Shown here piece by piece: positions 51,671 through 64,000 of a DNA stretch of 64,000 nucleotides (positions are counted from its first letter, which is position 1; each line of letters starts with the position of its first letter). The position numbers and the translations under genes are program-made. This DNA is from the human T2T-CHM13v2.0 reference genome, Homo sapiens: NCBI RefSeq assembly GCF_009914755.1, contig NC_060929.1; one strand, written 5' to 3'. The notes below the pieces were generated by a model. That model was not told where the DNA came from and made no database searches. It worked only from the letters and a program-made list of their open reading frames with translations.

Positions 51671-52225
51671 CAGATCCTCCCTGACTTAATGTTGAGGTTA
51701 TGTTCTAATAAACTCATTTTAACTTGAAAATATTTTAAGTTCAAAATGCATTTAATAGATCTAAACTACAGAACATCATAGCTTAGCCTATCTTAAACAT
51801 GCTCAGAACACTTACATTAGCCTACAGTTGGGCAAAATCATCTAACATCAAGCCTATTTTCTAATAAATCTTAAATAATTTTTAAATATTTCGTGTAATT
51901 TATTGAATACTGTACTGAAAGTGAAAAACAGAATGGTTGTGTAGGTTCTCACCATTAATTTACAGAGTTGAAAGTCCACTGGACTTGAAGCTTGAGACAT
52001 TAAACTAAAATCTATTGCTGGGTGATAAGGATGCTACAACAACTGGGTTATCAATTTCTTTCTCTTCTGATGAAACTTCAGAATAGTTGGTAGAAGGCAC
52101 TGAGACACTGACATATTGATTTAGCAGGCATAGTGTTCTTCAGAAAGACATCGAGTATTGGTTATTTATCCTCATGTTACATATTTTACATCATTTGTTA
52201 CTTCTCCCATATTTCTGATTATTTT
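51671..52225. mobile_element. Tigger5/MER47-family DNA transposon end with adjacent internal sequence
   Basis: TA then 'cagatcctccctgactta..aaaatgcatttaata..gaacatcatagcttagccta..ttagcctacagttgggcaaaatcatctaaca..actgtactgaaagtgaaaaacagaatggttgt'. Confidence 0.85.
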
Positions 52226-52532
52226 AAAAATTTTTGTCAAAAAGAAATGATCATCAGATTTGAGAAGATCTATCTGCCCTTAAGTTCACTAACATTTACC
52301 ATCTATACTTTGTTAAGATCATACTGTAAACATTTTTATTCATTTATTATACTTTTCAGTTCTAGCATTTTCAATTTTTGTTTTTTCACAGTTAACATTT
52401 CTCTTTTGAAATTTCCTCTCTGTTGACTCATTAAAACCATTTTTTTCCATATTTGGCCTGGTTTGGTTTTTCTGTTGCTCTGACATTGTGGAGAAATTGT
52501 TCCCAGGAAGATAATGTCATCTCTGAATAACG

Positions 52533-52839
52533 ATATATAGTCAATTTTCATGCTGCTGATAAAGACACACCTGAAACTGGGTAATCTATCAAGAAAAAGA
52601 GGTTTAATGGACTCACAGTTCCACATGGCTGGGGCTGCCTCACAGTCATGGCAGAAGGCAACAGGCAAGTCTTACGTGGCGGCAGACAAGAGAAAATGAG
52701 ACCCAAGCGAAAGGGGAAACCCATAATAAAACCATCAGATCTTGTGAGACTTAATTACTACCAAGAGAACAGTATGGGAGAAACCACCCCCATAATTCGA
52801 TTATCTCCCACCAGGTCTCTCCTACAACATGTGGGAATT
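52533..52839 (-). mobile_element. THE1B/C LTR, truncated
   Basis: 'ttttcatgctgctgataaagacacacctgaaactgggtaa..aaaaccatcagatcttgtgagactt..caacatgtgggaatt'; lacks the 'ccaaaccatatca' end. Confidence 0.93.
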
Positions 52840-54100
52840 TTGCTGCTTGGCTAAAACTTACACTAAAATGTAAAGAGAAATGATAATGCCAGGCATTCTT
52901 GTCTTGTTTCTGGTCTTAGGGGAAGGTTTTAATAGTGCACAGTGAAGTATAATGTTTGCTGTAAGTTTTTTTTTTAAATCAGATTAAAGATGTTTCTTTT
53001 TGTTTCAAGTTTGCTAAGAGTTTCTATCTTGAATGGATAGTCAGTTTCCTCAAATCATATTTTCTGCATCTTTTCTCTCATTTCATTATGTGGCAAATTA
53101 CACTAATGGTATTGTGATGTTAAATCAATCTTATATTATTAGAATGACTACCTTTGACATGAGATATTTTGTTTAGATTTTTTTGCAGCCATGAAATGCC
53201 CTATAATTTTGAGTAACATGAAGTAACTCAAAAGTAATATCTCATCAGATTTTAGTGTTGAGGTTATGCTGGTGGTAAAGATCATCTCTGTGTATTTTTC
53301 TATTATTTTTTCCATTTTCACTTTTGACCTTGTTTTTGTTTTTTGCATACCTGGTAAATTCTGATTGAATATGAGATATTGCACATGAAAAATTATTGAG
53401 GATCTTGATGATTAGATAGATAAAATGAGGTCAGTTTACCTCAATCAAACCAGGGGCTATGTTGGCACCAGGCTAGATTATATTTTTTGTAAAAACTGTG
53501 TCTATCATTGGTTCACATTATCCCCTTGTGTATTACATAGTACTCTGGATTTCAACTGAGATCCTGGGTTGTTTACTAGAGTCCCTTCTACTTGGAAGAT
53601 TCTAATCAATATATATTTTTTTCAGCATGGTGAGACTAAGGAAATCTCATTCAACTTTTCAAAAGCTTTCTGCTTACCTTCTCAGCAATTTTCCCCATGA
53701 GATTTATACATTTGGAAAATGTATTTTGAGGAAAACCACAAGTATGAAGCTCAGTTCTCCACATCTTCCTTCCCTCTGGCCCTTAGTCCCTTAAGTCCTA
53801 ACTATATTGGCAGTCCTAGAGTTTAGACTCTAATTTTTGTCTCCCTAGCCCTGTGAAGTTGCCAGAGGTATGGCTGGCTGCTCAGATTCTTATCTGTGGG
53901 CCCATTCGCATGCCTTTAGCCTTTCCATCTTTGCCAAGTATCAACAGGTACCACTATGAGAAAAGTGGCCAGCACAATGTGAGTTTCCCAGTCTTTGATT
54001 CCTTTAAACCTATAATCTTGGCTCTCTAATGCTTGGTTGCCTTAGCATTTCTATGATGCCTTCAAACAGAAGATTTAGACTTTTTTTTTAATCCAAGAAG
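52840..54100 (-). mobile_element. Old L1M fragments (ORF2, then 5' region)
   Basis: 'ggcattcttgtcttgtttctggtcttagggga..gtgaagtataatgtttgctgtaag..gtttgctaagagttt'; later, weaker L1ME 5'-like sequence. Confidence 0.6.
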
Positions 54101-57026
54101 GGAAAAATCTTCTGCCTAATGGTAATTCACTATATTTGAAATTGAAAGTTGTTCAATCCAGGAATTTAATATTTTGTCGATAAGTCCAAAGAATTGATGG
54201 CTATAGATTTATTGCTATGAATGAGATTCAAAAGTGCCTTTTAGGGAACTGCCTCATATGATACATTCTGTCTTATAGTGGGGAAAAGAAAGTTTTGGGA
54301 CCCCAAAGAGCATAATTTTGCATTAGTAGAATTACAGTATTTATCAGAACTTGGAAGTATTTACATGCATTTTTGTTCTCAATTGTGCAAATACTTTTTC
54401 CCTCTCAGTTATGGACAGTTAAATAGCAACACGACTATTTCAATATTTCTTCCTATGTTGGGGATGAGATAGTTTATTAATAGTACTTTAATTATTACCA
54501 TCAAATGAATACATTATCTTCTCTTTCATTCCCTCTCTCATGTTTTCTCTGTAGGGATTGATTCTTAGACAGAAAACATCATCTCTGCGTATTCATAATG
54601 ATACATAAGTGAGTTACATAGGAGAATGAAATGTAAATGAAGATAATGAAATCTTTATGACCTAGAAATGGCATAGTGTTTATGTAGTAGTTCTTGACAA
54701 ATAAGCAAAGTAGGGTGTTCATTTAAGCAATATATCCCAGGAATCACACATCATATCAACAAGAGGTTAACTTATTTTTGTATTAACTCAACACATAAAA
54801 GAGTATAAAACTTTTTGAAATGTATGGAAATATTTAAAATCCTAGCTTTAAATTATGGAAACAGTTCCTAGGTATATTAAGAAATTGTTGATTATGGTAG
54901 CTAATAATGGAGTATAAGTTATAATGCTATCCATACCAGAAGAAAAACTACATTAAAGAAGTGTCATTGTAAGAGTACATCAAGAATCACTTTAAAATTG
55001 TATCCATAGGAATGCAGAATTTTTTTTAATATCTTTGTAGTATGCATTATTTTTTATTTCATTATAATGATTTACCACTACAAGGGTAGGGAAAAAATAA
55101 TTTATTTCAACATTCTTACTCATTGAAGTGTTGGGAATAAAAGAATCCAATAAACATTGGCTTTTTAAAAATAGTCATAAGAGGTTTTTTTGTGTTGTAT
55201 CATCTATGAATAATTTCTCCTTTATATACACAAATTCTATTTAACTGAAAATTAGAATAATTAACAGCTGACCGAAAGTTTTGATTTTTTCATATTTAAA
55301 ATGTAAACATTTTCTTTTCTTAGAAAATGGTATTTATTAGACATTAAAGGCTCCTAAACAATGTTAAAACAATTTTTAAAAATTTCCAAGCATAGCTCAC
55401 ATCCTTTTGTAAATATTTTGATTCTTCCTTGTACTCAAGAGTACATAAATCTCTAAAGGTGGAATTTTCCTAACTTTTGAGTATGCTGCTACTGTAACTT
55501 GGATATATACAGCTTTGTGTATTGTGATTGAGGTTGAAGCAGTTTTCCTAAAGGAGCACTCTATTTTATGGTTTTCAAATTGTTGTCCTACATATAGTTG
55601 ACATTCCCAAGCATTTTATTCCTTTTGTCTTGGATGACTACCCCTAAAACATGTCATCAACAAAATTATTTTTTTCAAATAAGAAGAAAAATACCCTTGT
55701 CTAACTGAGAATTCATAATAAATTTTATTCAGAAATTGTTCACATGAAAATTTCACACCAGCAATTTCTAAGGGGTATTTGGGAGGGCACATCCAATCTT
55801 CCCAAAAAATAATGCAACCTGCAAAAATAGAATAAGTTAACTTGGCATGAAAGAATAAATGAAAGCAACTTCTTGGTAGCTGATTTTGAGGAATTGAGAG
55901 AAGTATTTTATAATTATGATTCTGGTTTATTTAAAAGTCAACTTTTTTTGTGGAAGAAATAATGGATGTTGTATTTACGAAGGACTTTGCTGTTCACTTT
56001 TATTAGCATAAGTCTTGTATTCAAATTGAAAGGATACTCCTAAGAATATCAGATCATTAAGTTTAAATAAATTTTAGTGATTTTTTTTTCTGCACAGCTG
56101 AAAACATTAGTAGTTTAATGTCAGAACAGAAATTAAATTCAGGAGCAGAGAGCAAGATCAATTATACATGATTCTAAAAATACTTAAGGGTATAAAAACA
56201 AACTGGAATTTCTAGTTTAAAAAGGCAGAAGAACATTTTTCCTCCCTCTGCTTCTTCAACTTTCACCACAACAAAAAACAACTAAATAAAGAAGAAGATA
56301 TTCTATCACAAGGGAAAGAAGCAAATTTTTAAGAAAAACAATTAAGATCACTTGCCAAATATTGTTAAATGATAATCAAAATGAGGGATCACAGACAGTG
56401 TATAGACTTCCTCAAAGTTAGATGACACAAAAAATCATCAGAATTAACTAGATTAATTATTAGATGAGATCTAGGGTTGTCTCTAAAAATGAAAAATCAT
56501 CCCAGTAGAGATCCATTTTGATATCTCAGAATAGTGAGGAAGCTAGAAATAAAAGATCAAAAAAAAAAGCGTACCAAAAAATCCCAACATCAAAATAGAG
56601 GCTGCAGACTTGTCTTCAGATTTTCAAATTCTTCCTGATCCCTAGCCCACTCCATGCCCACTTTGACCCCACGTATCTTTCAATTAGCAGCTATTAACAT
56701 TCAAAGATAAGTAATGTCATGCAAGAAGGTCATAGGCACACATCAAGTGCCACACAGTCCTAATATAACATAGCATTTATTAAGGAAAATTTTACAGCTG
56801 GAGAAATAGCAGGGTGATTGCAGCCCCCAAAGTCCCATTTTTCTCTACCATAGGATGGGCATAGATATTCTGTATACATGAAAACCAAGGTTCTAGGAGA
56901 GAGGGTGTGACCTGATCAGCACACTGGACATGCAACGGAGCACTCCGAGGCTGAGTACCTAACACTATGGTATGTGTTTATGGATGTGCCTAAGATGGAG
57001 ACTACAGAACACCTTGTTTCTCTAAG

Positions 57027-57388
57027 TCAGGAAAGGACACGTTTTAAGGTCAAGGGTCAGATAGCATATATTTTATATGGAGAGAGCCTTCACTGGCCAT
57101 ATGGCCTCTGCTCTGTTGCAACTACTCAACTCTGCTGTGGTAGCACAAAAGCAGTCATAGACAGTACACAAAAAGTCGGCGTGGCTGTGTTTCAAATAAA
57201 CTTTACATATGGGTACTAAAATTTGAATTCCATATAACTTTCATATTTCAAGAATTATCATTCTTCTTTGCATTTTTTAAAACCATATAAAAATATAAAA
57301 ACCATTCTTAGCTCAGGTACCATGTAAAAACAGGCAGCAGACTGGGTGTGCTTCATGGGTTGTGGTTATAGTGTTTCCTGATCCCTTT
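57027..57388 (+). mobile_element. MER58B (hAT-Charlie)
   Basis: 'aagggtcagatag..tctgttgcaactactcaactctgctgtggtagcacaaaagcagtcatagaca..gtggctgtgtttcaaataaacttta..aaaaccattcttagctca..aaaacaggcagcag'. Confidence 0.9.
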
Positions 57389-57649
57389 ACTAAACAAATA
57401 AGAAATATATCAAATTATCTCTAGGTCCGGAAACTTCACTAGGGAATATGCATAGTAAAGTCCAAGTCATGCAAACCAAAAGCCCTGGAAACGGTCTTAC
57501 ATGTCAGGAATGCTGACATGAGCCAAAGGCCTTGGCTCTCTGAAGGCCAGTTCAGTCTACTGAACTAACTCTCAGCTAAGACATCAAAAGTTAGAAGGAA
57601 ACGAGCCTCTAGAGCCGTCCAGACATGTCTCTCATCAGGTAATAAACAC

Positions 57650-58960
57650 AAAAGCTCTAGCATAAAAACCACTCATTAAAACATGTTTGTTATAGAGGAT
57701 AAAAAGGAAAATTATGAAGCACTTAAAAAGAAAAATGAAGAAGCAATATCATTAAAAGAATTAAAGAAACACAGGTAAAGTCAGAAAAATAGAAATAAGC
57801 TATAGATGAGATAATACTTTAAACAGTGGGAAAAGAGTTATACATGTTCAAAGAAAGGGATATAATAGACAGAAATGGTTGAAAAATGAGCCTATAGATC
57901 TTAGGAAAGAAACGCAAGCGAATAAAAAATATGATGGTTCTAAAAGTCACTTTAAAAATAATGCATAAAAATAAGTATCACTGAAAAAATCAAAAGTGTA
58001 GTAGATGGAGTGTAACAAATTACATAAATAAAACAGTAAAAAACAAAACACGAACATGACTATGGAGAAAATTATGGATACAGCAAAGGATATTGAACTA
58101 TATATAACTTGTGTTTCTAAGAACAGAAAAAACATTACAAAATTCAAGTATGCAGTTAGGGTAAACTTCTCTGAAATATGTCAGGCTTAACTCTGCAGAT
58201 TGAGTCTCATGATGTTGCAGGAAAAATGGATACAGAGGGACTGATATAAGTGCATGCATTTTGGTAAATTCCCTGGTCTTTAAGGATAAAGGAAGAATCG
58301 TATGGACATTCATTAATGAATGAACAAGCAAGTCATATACAAAGAGGAATATCAAGTGGTCTTTAGAGGTCTCCAAAGAAATATTCAGTTGCAGAAATAG
58401 TGTAGAGATGTCTACACATTTCTTTAAAAAGTTAACTATTACCACAAATTTATATCTGAGGAAGTTGTCCTTCATATTTAAGGTAAAAGGTATAACTTCT
58501 CACTCTTATATAATAAAAAAATGCCAAACAGGAAATGACAGAAAATTTTTAAAATGTAGAAAAATAGAAACTGTTGAAAACAAGGCTCAGGGAGAGTTGA
58601 ATCCACTTTTATACTAACATTGAAGATGAGAGAACTAAAGTATTCACAGTTATGCAATCAAAGGTGCATGTTACACTTTTGGAAATGTTCAGATGACAAT
58701 ATAATTAAAAGTGGAGATTAAAAGAGCAATGTGGGAGGAAGTATGAGTGATATTTTCCTCATAGTTCTAGCAGGGAGTCAAATATTTTTCAAATTTGAAA
58801 TATATAGTTAAAAATAACTCTTTTTAGACATACAAGTGCTCAAAATTTTACCTCTCATGTACACTTTCTCAGTAACTATTATTGGATATGCTCCACAAAA
58901 AGGAAGAAGTAAAACATGAAAAAGGGAATTATCAGATCAGGAAACAAGAGACATGGAATG
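57650..58960 (+). mobile_element. HAL1 / old L1 ORF1-like remnant
   Basis: A-rich ORF1-like sequence: 'aaatttatatctgaggaagttgtccttcatatttaagg', 'cctcatagttctagcagggagtcaa', 'aaaattttacctctcatgtacactttctcag'. Confidence 0.55.
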
Positions 58961-58972
58961 GATAACTGTCAT

Positions 58973-59432
58973 ATATGACAGCCCAATCCTTCACATTCCA
59001 ATGATAGCATAAGTTCCCACATTCTGAATCCTATCTTTCTGGAGGTGGAATGCAGAAGCCTTGCTTTTCTAGCCACCTGGCAGCTAGAGTGCAGGCACAT
59101 GGCCCAGGACTTACTAAACAGAAGCTTTCCTGTGAGTCTTCTATTCCAAAGCAAGGAATGTAACACACCCAGCTGTATTTAGCTGTGTTGTTATTGTCAC
59201 TGTTATTGTTGGGTTGGTTTGTTTTGTCTTAGAATGATGGCCAGAGATATGTCCAGCTTTTACTTACAAGGTTATCAAGTAGTATTTCTGACATTTCAGA
59301 TGTGAATGACAGCAGTGCTGGTACTCACTTCTTAATCACATTGGAACTTGATATGGTTCTGTGTATTTTTCACTGGCTATTAGCCATAAACCTGGTCCTC
59401 CGGCTTTCTCAATTATTCTGTATTATCTTTTA
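58973..59432 (+). mobile_element. ERVL LTR41-like
   Basis: 'ttttctagccacctggcagctagagtgcaggcacatggcccagg' and 'ctggctattagccataaacctggtcctccggctttctc..ttctgt' match LTR41. Confidence 0.65.
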
Positions 59433-61799
59433 GTATACAGAGAAAGCTTGTTAAAATAAAAACAACCCAAATGTTATTATTCCCAATAAAATGCTGGCTT
59501 TAAAAGCTACATCTTGCATACATATATGTGTATGCAACACGCACGTGCACGTGCACACGCACACACAAGCTTCAGTAATTCTTAGGTCTCAGCTCAGTTT
59601 CCTTTTCATCAAAGTCAAGTAAAATTAAGCTTAAGTTCACAATACTTTACATGATACTATTTCATTGTCTAACCTATTTTTTAGGCTGTTTGTTGAGTGA
59701 CGGTTGATGAGATTTACAGTAAATTTTTGTCACATTTTCTGTAACTTTCCATTTTACTTTTTCTTTTTCCGGCTTTTTAAACATATGAGTGGATATTTTT
59801 TATAAAGGGCACAAAATACTTATACTACATTTTATGTAAATGAACAGTTTCATTCAAAATATTTATTGCACATTTAAGAAATATCTTCTCCTGTGCGAGC
59901 AATTCATCATATGTAGGTGCAGGCTTGCGTGTGAGTGTGAGTGTGTTCGTGTTTGTATGAGTGTGCTTTTGTGTGTATGTGTTAGTTAAAGATCATCGGA
60001 AACTAGTCCACTATTAGACTAGTTTTTTTTCTATTCTTTATTATGTATTCATATCTCATTTATGTACCTGAACAGAATTTGAGAAATGTAGAGGTCATAA
60101 CTTTATATGCCTATTTCTCATCACAACAAAAATTTAAACCTGTATATACACATGTATTTTTATATGGCACATATGGCATTTCAGAAAGAAGACAATTTTA
60201 TATTCATTATTCTAATATGCCAAAGTTTTTCTCTTCATAAAGAAACGAGAAAAAAAGAGAGAAAAACACGCACATTTATTTTCTTTTCAGCTCCAAAAAG
60301 TCATGAATATCTACAGAGGCTTATCTCCCATAGTGATAAGCAATGCTAAGTACTCCATACCCAAGAACAACCTGAAAGGGAGATTGCACTCTACATAATT
60401 ATGCAAATCGATCTTTTTTTAAAAGTAAAAAGCAGAAATGACAATATGCTAATATGGCAGCAGCATTGAATACGATGAGGATTATTAAAAACAAAGTGTT
60501 TGTTCATTCCCAGAGTCTTTTCTTACTTAATATTTTTTTTATAGCACACAAACCTCCAAAGGAAATATTCAAAAAAGAAAAGCTCCCAAATCATAATTAC
60601 CGTAATTATACCTTTTCATCTTAAAATCCTTTACACACCCCTGGAATAAATATTATATGTCGTATATAGTATAATTAACATAAATGTTCGAAGAAATGAT
60701 GCTTTGATTGCTATTTGCTACATATTTTAGCTAATGAGCCAGAACTACACAGTGTATATGTGTGGTATGTGTCTATTTATTATTATTAGCATAGTGGCTT
60801 TGACTAGCCTTAATTAAAAATCTGCATAAAATGATTCTATCCCATTGTATAAAATACACCACAGGAATGCCTAACAAAAATTAATATTGTAAGCAGTGAA
60901 TAATTTAGACTACTTACCAAAGAAATGTTTTTTTAAAAAAAGCTTTCAAAGGAGAGAAGCCTTGTAAAAGTACATCTGAGATGAGCAATAGCTGCAAGCT
61001 CTTTGCTCAGCCATGTGAATGTGTTGTTTAATTATGGATCAAGTTCAGTCTTTAGCTCCTTGACCACTGCGGATTACTCTTTCCATTCTTCTATGAGATC
61101 ATGCTGAGCTGGGGTGATACATAGATAAAAGTTTGCTGTCATTCACTTGCCTATATTCTCTGGAGAACCTCAAAAATGAGAATGAGGCAAGGAGGAGGAT
61201 ACCTTTGGAACACTTTGAATTTGAGGAAAAAGATAAGTTCAGTTTGTATTATTCCAGAATAAAATACATTTCACTCTGAGCAAAAGATTTGAGAATCAGA
61301 GATAATATTGTTTTGTGAGTTTAGGTCCATGAAAAACAGAGTGACCAAAATACAAAAGTGAATTTGTACTTTTGCTGCTAACATGCATAGTTCAAAGAAT
61401 AGCTGAAGACATTATTTGTATAATGGTGGCTGACGGGCAAATCAACTGCCATTTCTCTGGAAAATAAAGTGGTAATGGAAAAGGGAATTAGGAAATGTTA
61501 AGATAATACTATTTAATGTCTGCCTTCTTCTTAAGGGGAAAATATTTTATTTCAAATAGAAATTCTGGTTTTTAACTAATAATAAATAAAAGTAATTTAC
61601 TATTTTTTCTGAAAAGGAGGCAAACTTGTATGAATGAAGGATTTTTAAATGGTGAGTAAATGTGTCAGTTTCCTTTTTCCCACTAACTGGCCATTGTTTT
61701 CTAGTCAATATCTTAGGGTTTTTTATTACATACCTACAAAACGAAGTGACTAAAACACTTTGGAGACCAAAAATATGATTCTAAGACTGTCTGAATTTG

Positions 61800-61945
61800 T
61801 TTGTAATTCTTCTTCCATCCTCTCTCTCCAATCAGGTTTTTGCTTTTCCTACTTTGAATCTGCTCTTGCTAAGATACATGATAATTTCCACTTGGCTAAA
61901 TCCAATGATCTATTCTCAGTTTTCTTATTACTTAATGTAACTCTA
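61800..61945 (+). mobile_element. L2 ORF2 (reverse transcriptase) remnant
   Basis: ORF 61760-62122 contains LQSGFCFSYFESALAKIHDNFHLAKSNDLFSVFLLLN, matching L2/CR1 RT 'LQSGF.P.HSTETAL.KVTNDL..AKS.G.FSVLILLDLS'. Confidence 0.85.
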
Positions 61946-62089
61946 GTTTCTTTCCACCCTTATAACTGCAAATTCTATACTCATTACAGCAGTCAAGATG
62001 ATCTTTCTCCTCCACCTCCCTCCCTCTTTCTTTTCTTTCTCTCCCTCCTCCTATTTTTCTCTTCTTCAACTTGTCCAGTTCTATCAAGT

Positions 62090-64000
62090 TTTCTAAATTT
62101 TTTATTATGGCAAAGTAAGTAGAATAATGCAAACATATGCAAAATAAGTAGAATAATATAATGAATTACAAGGGAATACCCATGTTCTCATCACCCAGTT
62201 TCTGAAATAATCATCATGCTGCCATTCTTATATCATTTTTAGTTTTATACACTTTAAAACCTGACTCTCAGTTATTTTATAATACTTTCTGAAGTGAAAT
62301 TTATTTACTTGGAAATACACAAATGTTAGCTGCACAATATTAAAAAATAGATATACCTTAGTAACCTCACTCCTCTATCATCATATAGAACATTGTGTCT
62401 CCCTACAAAGACCCCAAGTGTTCTCTGGTCAATCCTCACCTCCCAAGACAATCACTTGTCTGATTTTTTTAAACAATGGAATTATTTTGCCTCTTCTAGA
62501 ATTTCATATAAAAAGAGTTAAAGAATATGTACTCTGTTGTATCAGGCTTCTTTCACCCATCAAAAATGTCTGTGAGATTCATCCATGTTGTGTGTATCAG
62601 TAGTTCATTCTGTTTATTGCTGAGGAGCAGTCCATTGTGTTAATTTATCACATTTTCCTATTATGGATATTTGAGTTTTTATATTCTCAGCATTTCTCTT
62701 GAATATATAGCCAAGAGCATAAGTGATTGGTTAAAGGATAAATGTATGTTCAGCTTGAAGATAAACTGTCAAAACTTTTCTTCGAAGGGTTATAACATTT
62801 TACATTCCCAACAGCAATAAATGAGAGTTCTGTATCTCCAACATTTGATGTTGTCAGTTGGGTCTTGTCTATTGAATGTAATTTACATACAATAAACTTT
62901 AATCTGTGAGTTTGACAAATGCAAAGAATTATGTAACCACTACCATAATTAAGATATGGGATATCTCAATCACTCAATAAAGTGTCTTAAGATCCTCTGT
63001 AGTAAACCTTTCCTTAGACTCTGGAGACTACTGAGAAGTCTTCAGTCCTCATATTTTTGTCTTTTGCAGAATGTTATGTAAATGGAATCACATCGTATGT
63101 ATCCTTTCGTGTCTGACTTCTTTCATTTAGAAAAATGCAGTTGCAATTCACCCATATCAGCACATATATCAGTAATTTGTCCTTTATTTTTGCTGAGCAG
63201 TTTTCCATGTAATAGTTTTCCATTCACCTGTTGAAGGACATTTGCGTTGTGTTCAGTTTTTGCCAATTATGAATAAAGCCACTATAAACATGTGCATACA
63301 GGACTTTATGTGAACATAAGTTTTTATTCCTCTTGGACAAATGCCTAGGACTTGATTATAGGTTGTGTGGTAAGCATATGTTTAACTATACGAGAAACTG
63401 CCAAACTGTTTTCCAAAGTGACTAAAGCATTTTGCATTCCCACCAACAATGTTTCAGGATCCCAGTTGCTCTGCAACTACATCACCACTTGGTACAGTCA
63501 GTTTAATTATTTTTTAAAATTTTTAGTTATTTCAATAGGTATATAGAGTTATTTCATTACAGTTTTAATATCATTTTTCTAATTGACTAATGCTGAACAT
63601 CTTTTTATGCTTTAATTGCTATCTACGTGTCCTCTTTGGTGAAATATCTGTTCAAATTGGTTGCTCAGTTTGTATTGCATTTTTGTTTCCTTTATATTTT
63701 CTAGATACAAAACATTAAAACATTTTAACCCCATCTATGTTTTAAATTTTCAGTATCTTCATAGTGTTTTTCCTAAAGCAGACATTTTAAATTCTGTTAA
63801 AGTCTAATTATCAGTTAAAGTCCAACTATCAATGTTTCCTTTTACAGACTGTGGTTTTTGTTTGTTTGTTTCTTTGTTCTTATCACATCTGATAAATTTT
63901 CACTCAAGTAAAGGGCATTGAGATTTTTTCTTGTATTTTCTCCTAAGAATTTTATGGTTTTAAGTTTTAGATTTATGTTTTTATCCATTTTTAGTTTTCT
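62090..64000 (-). mobile_element. Stacked old L1 3' ends (L1MC-like ~62090; L1ME/MD-like ~62280 and ~62865)
   Basis: Repeated antisense L1 termini ('ttgaatgtaatttacatacaataaa..tgagtttgacaaatgca', 'gaaactgccaaactgttttccaaagtg'), running off the end of the window. Confidence 0.85.

Noticed and set aside
62110-63831. Small local duplications (62110-62157, 63796-63831; also 1611-1640)
   Set aside because: Ordinary slippage duplications inside old repeats, with no sign of function.
19751-64000. L1 orientation bias as a clue to host-gene strand
   Set aside because: L1 fragments occur substantially on both strands, so no strand can be inferred.

Overview
AT-rich, CpG-depleted primate (most likely human) non-coding genomic DNA, either intergenic or inside a long intron. 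Roughly half of the window (estimated by eye) is transposon-derived. It contains Alu, MIR and L2 copies; many L1 fragments of different ages (L1PA, L1PB, L1MA, L1MC, L1ME, HAL1); MaLR and ERVL LTRs (THE1, MST, MLT1, LTR16, LTR33, LTR41); and hAT/Tigger DNA transposons (MER1B, MER5, MER20, MER53, MER58B, MER112, MER44A, Tigger5/MER47). I found no credible protein-coding gene, RNA gene, CRISPR array or intact element; the ORF track is explained by repeats and chance. Subfamily names come from recalled consensus sequences, not a RepeatMasker run, and the boundaries of old elements are approximate. I see no new biological system. The most interesting signals are: a templated-insertion/fold-back repair scar (6886-7712); a diverged tandem duplication with a perfected palindrome (48415-48570); several chimeric repeat junctions; a fossil ERVL reverse-transcriptase active-site fragment; candidate small exons or splice sites on both strands; and repeat-poor, motif-rich blocks that may be enhancers.
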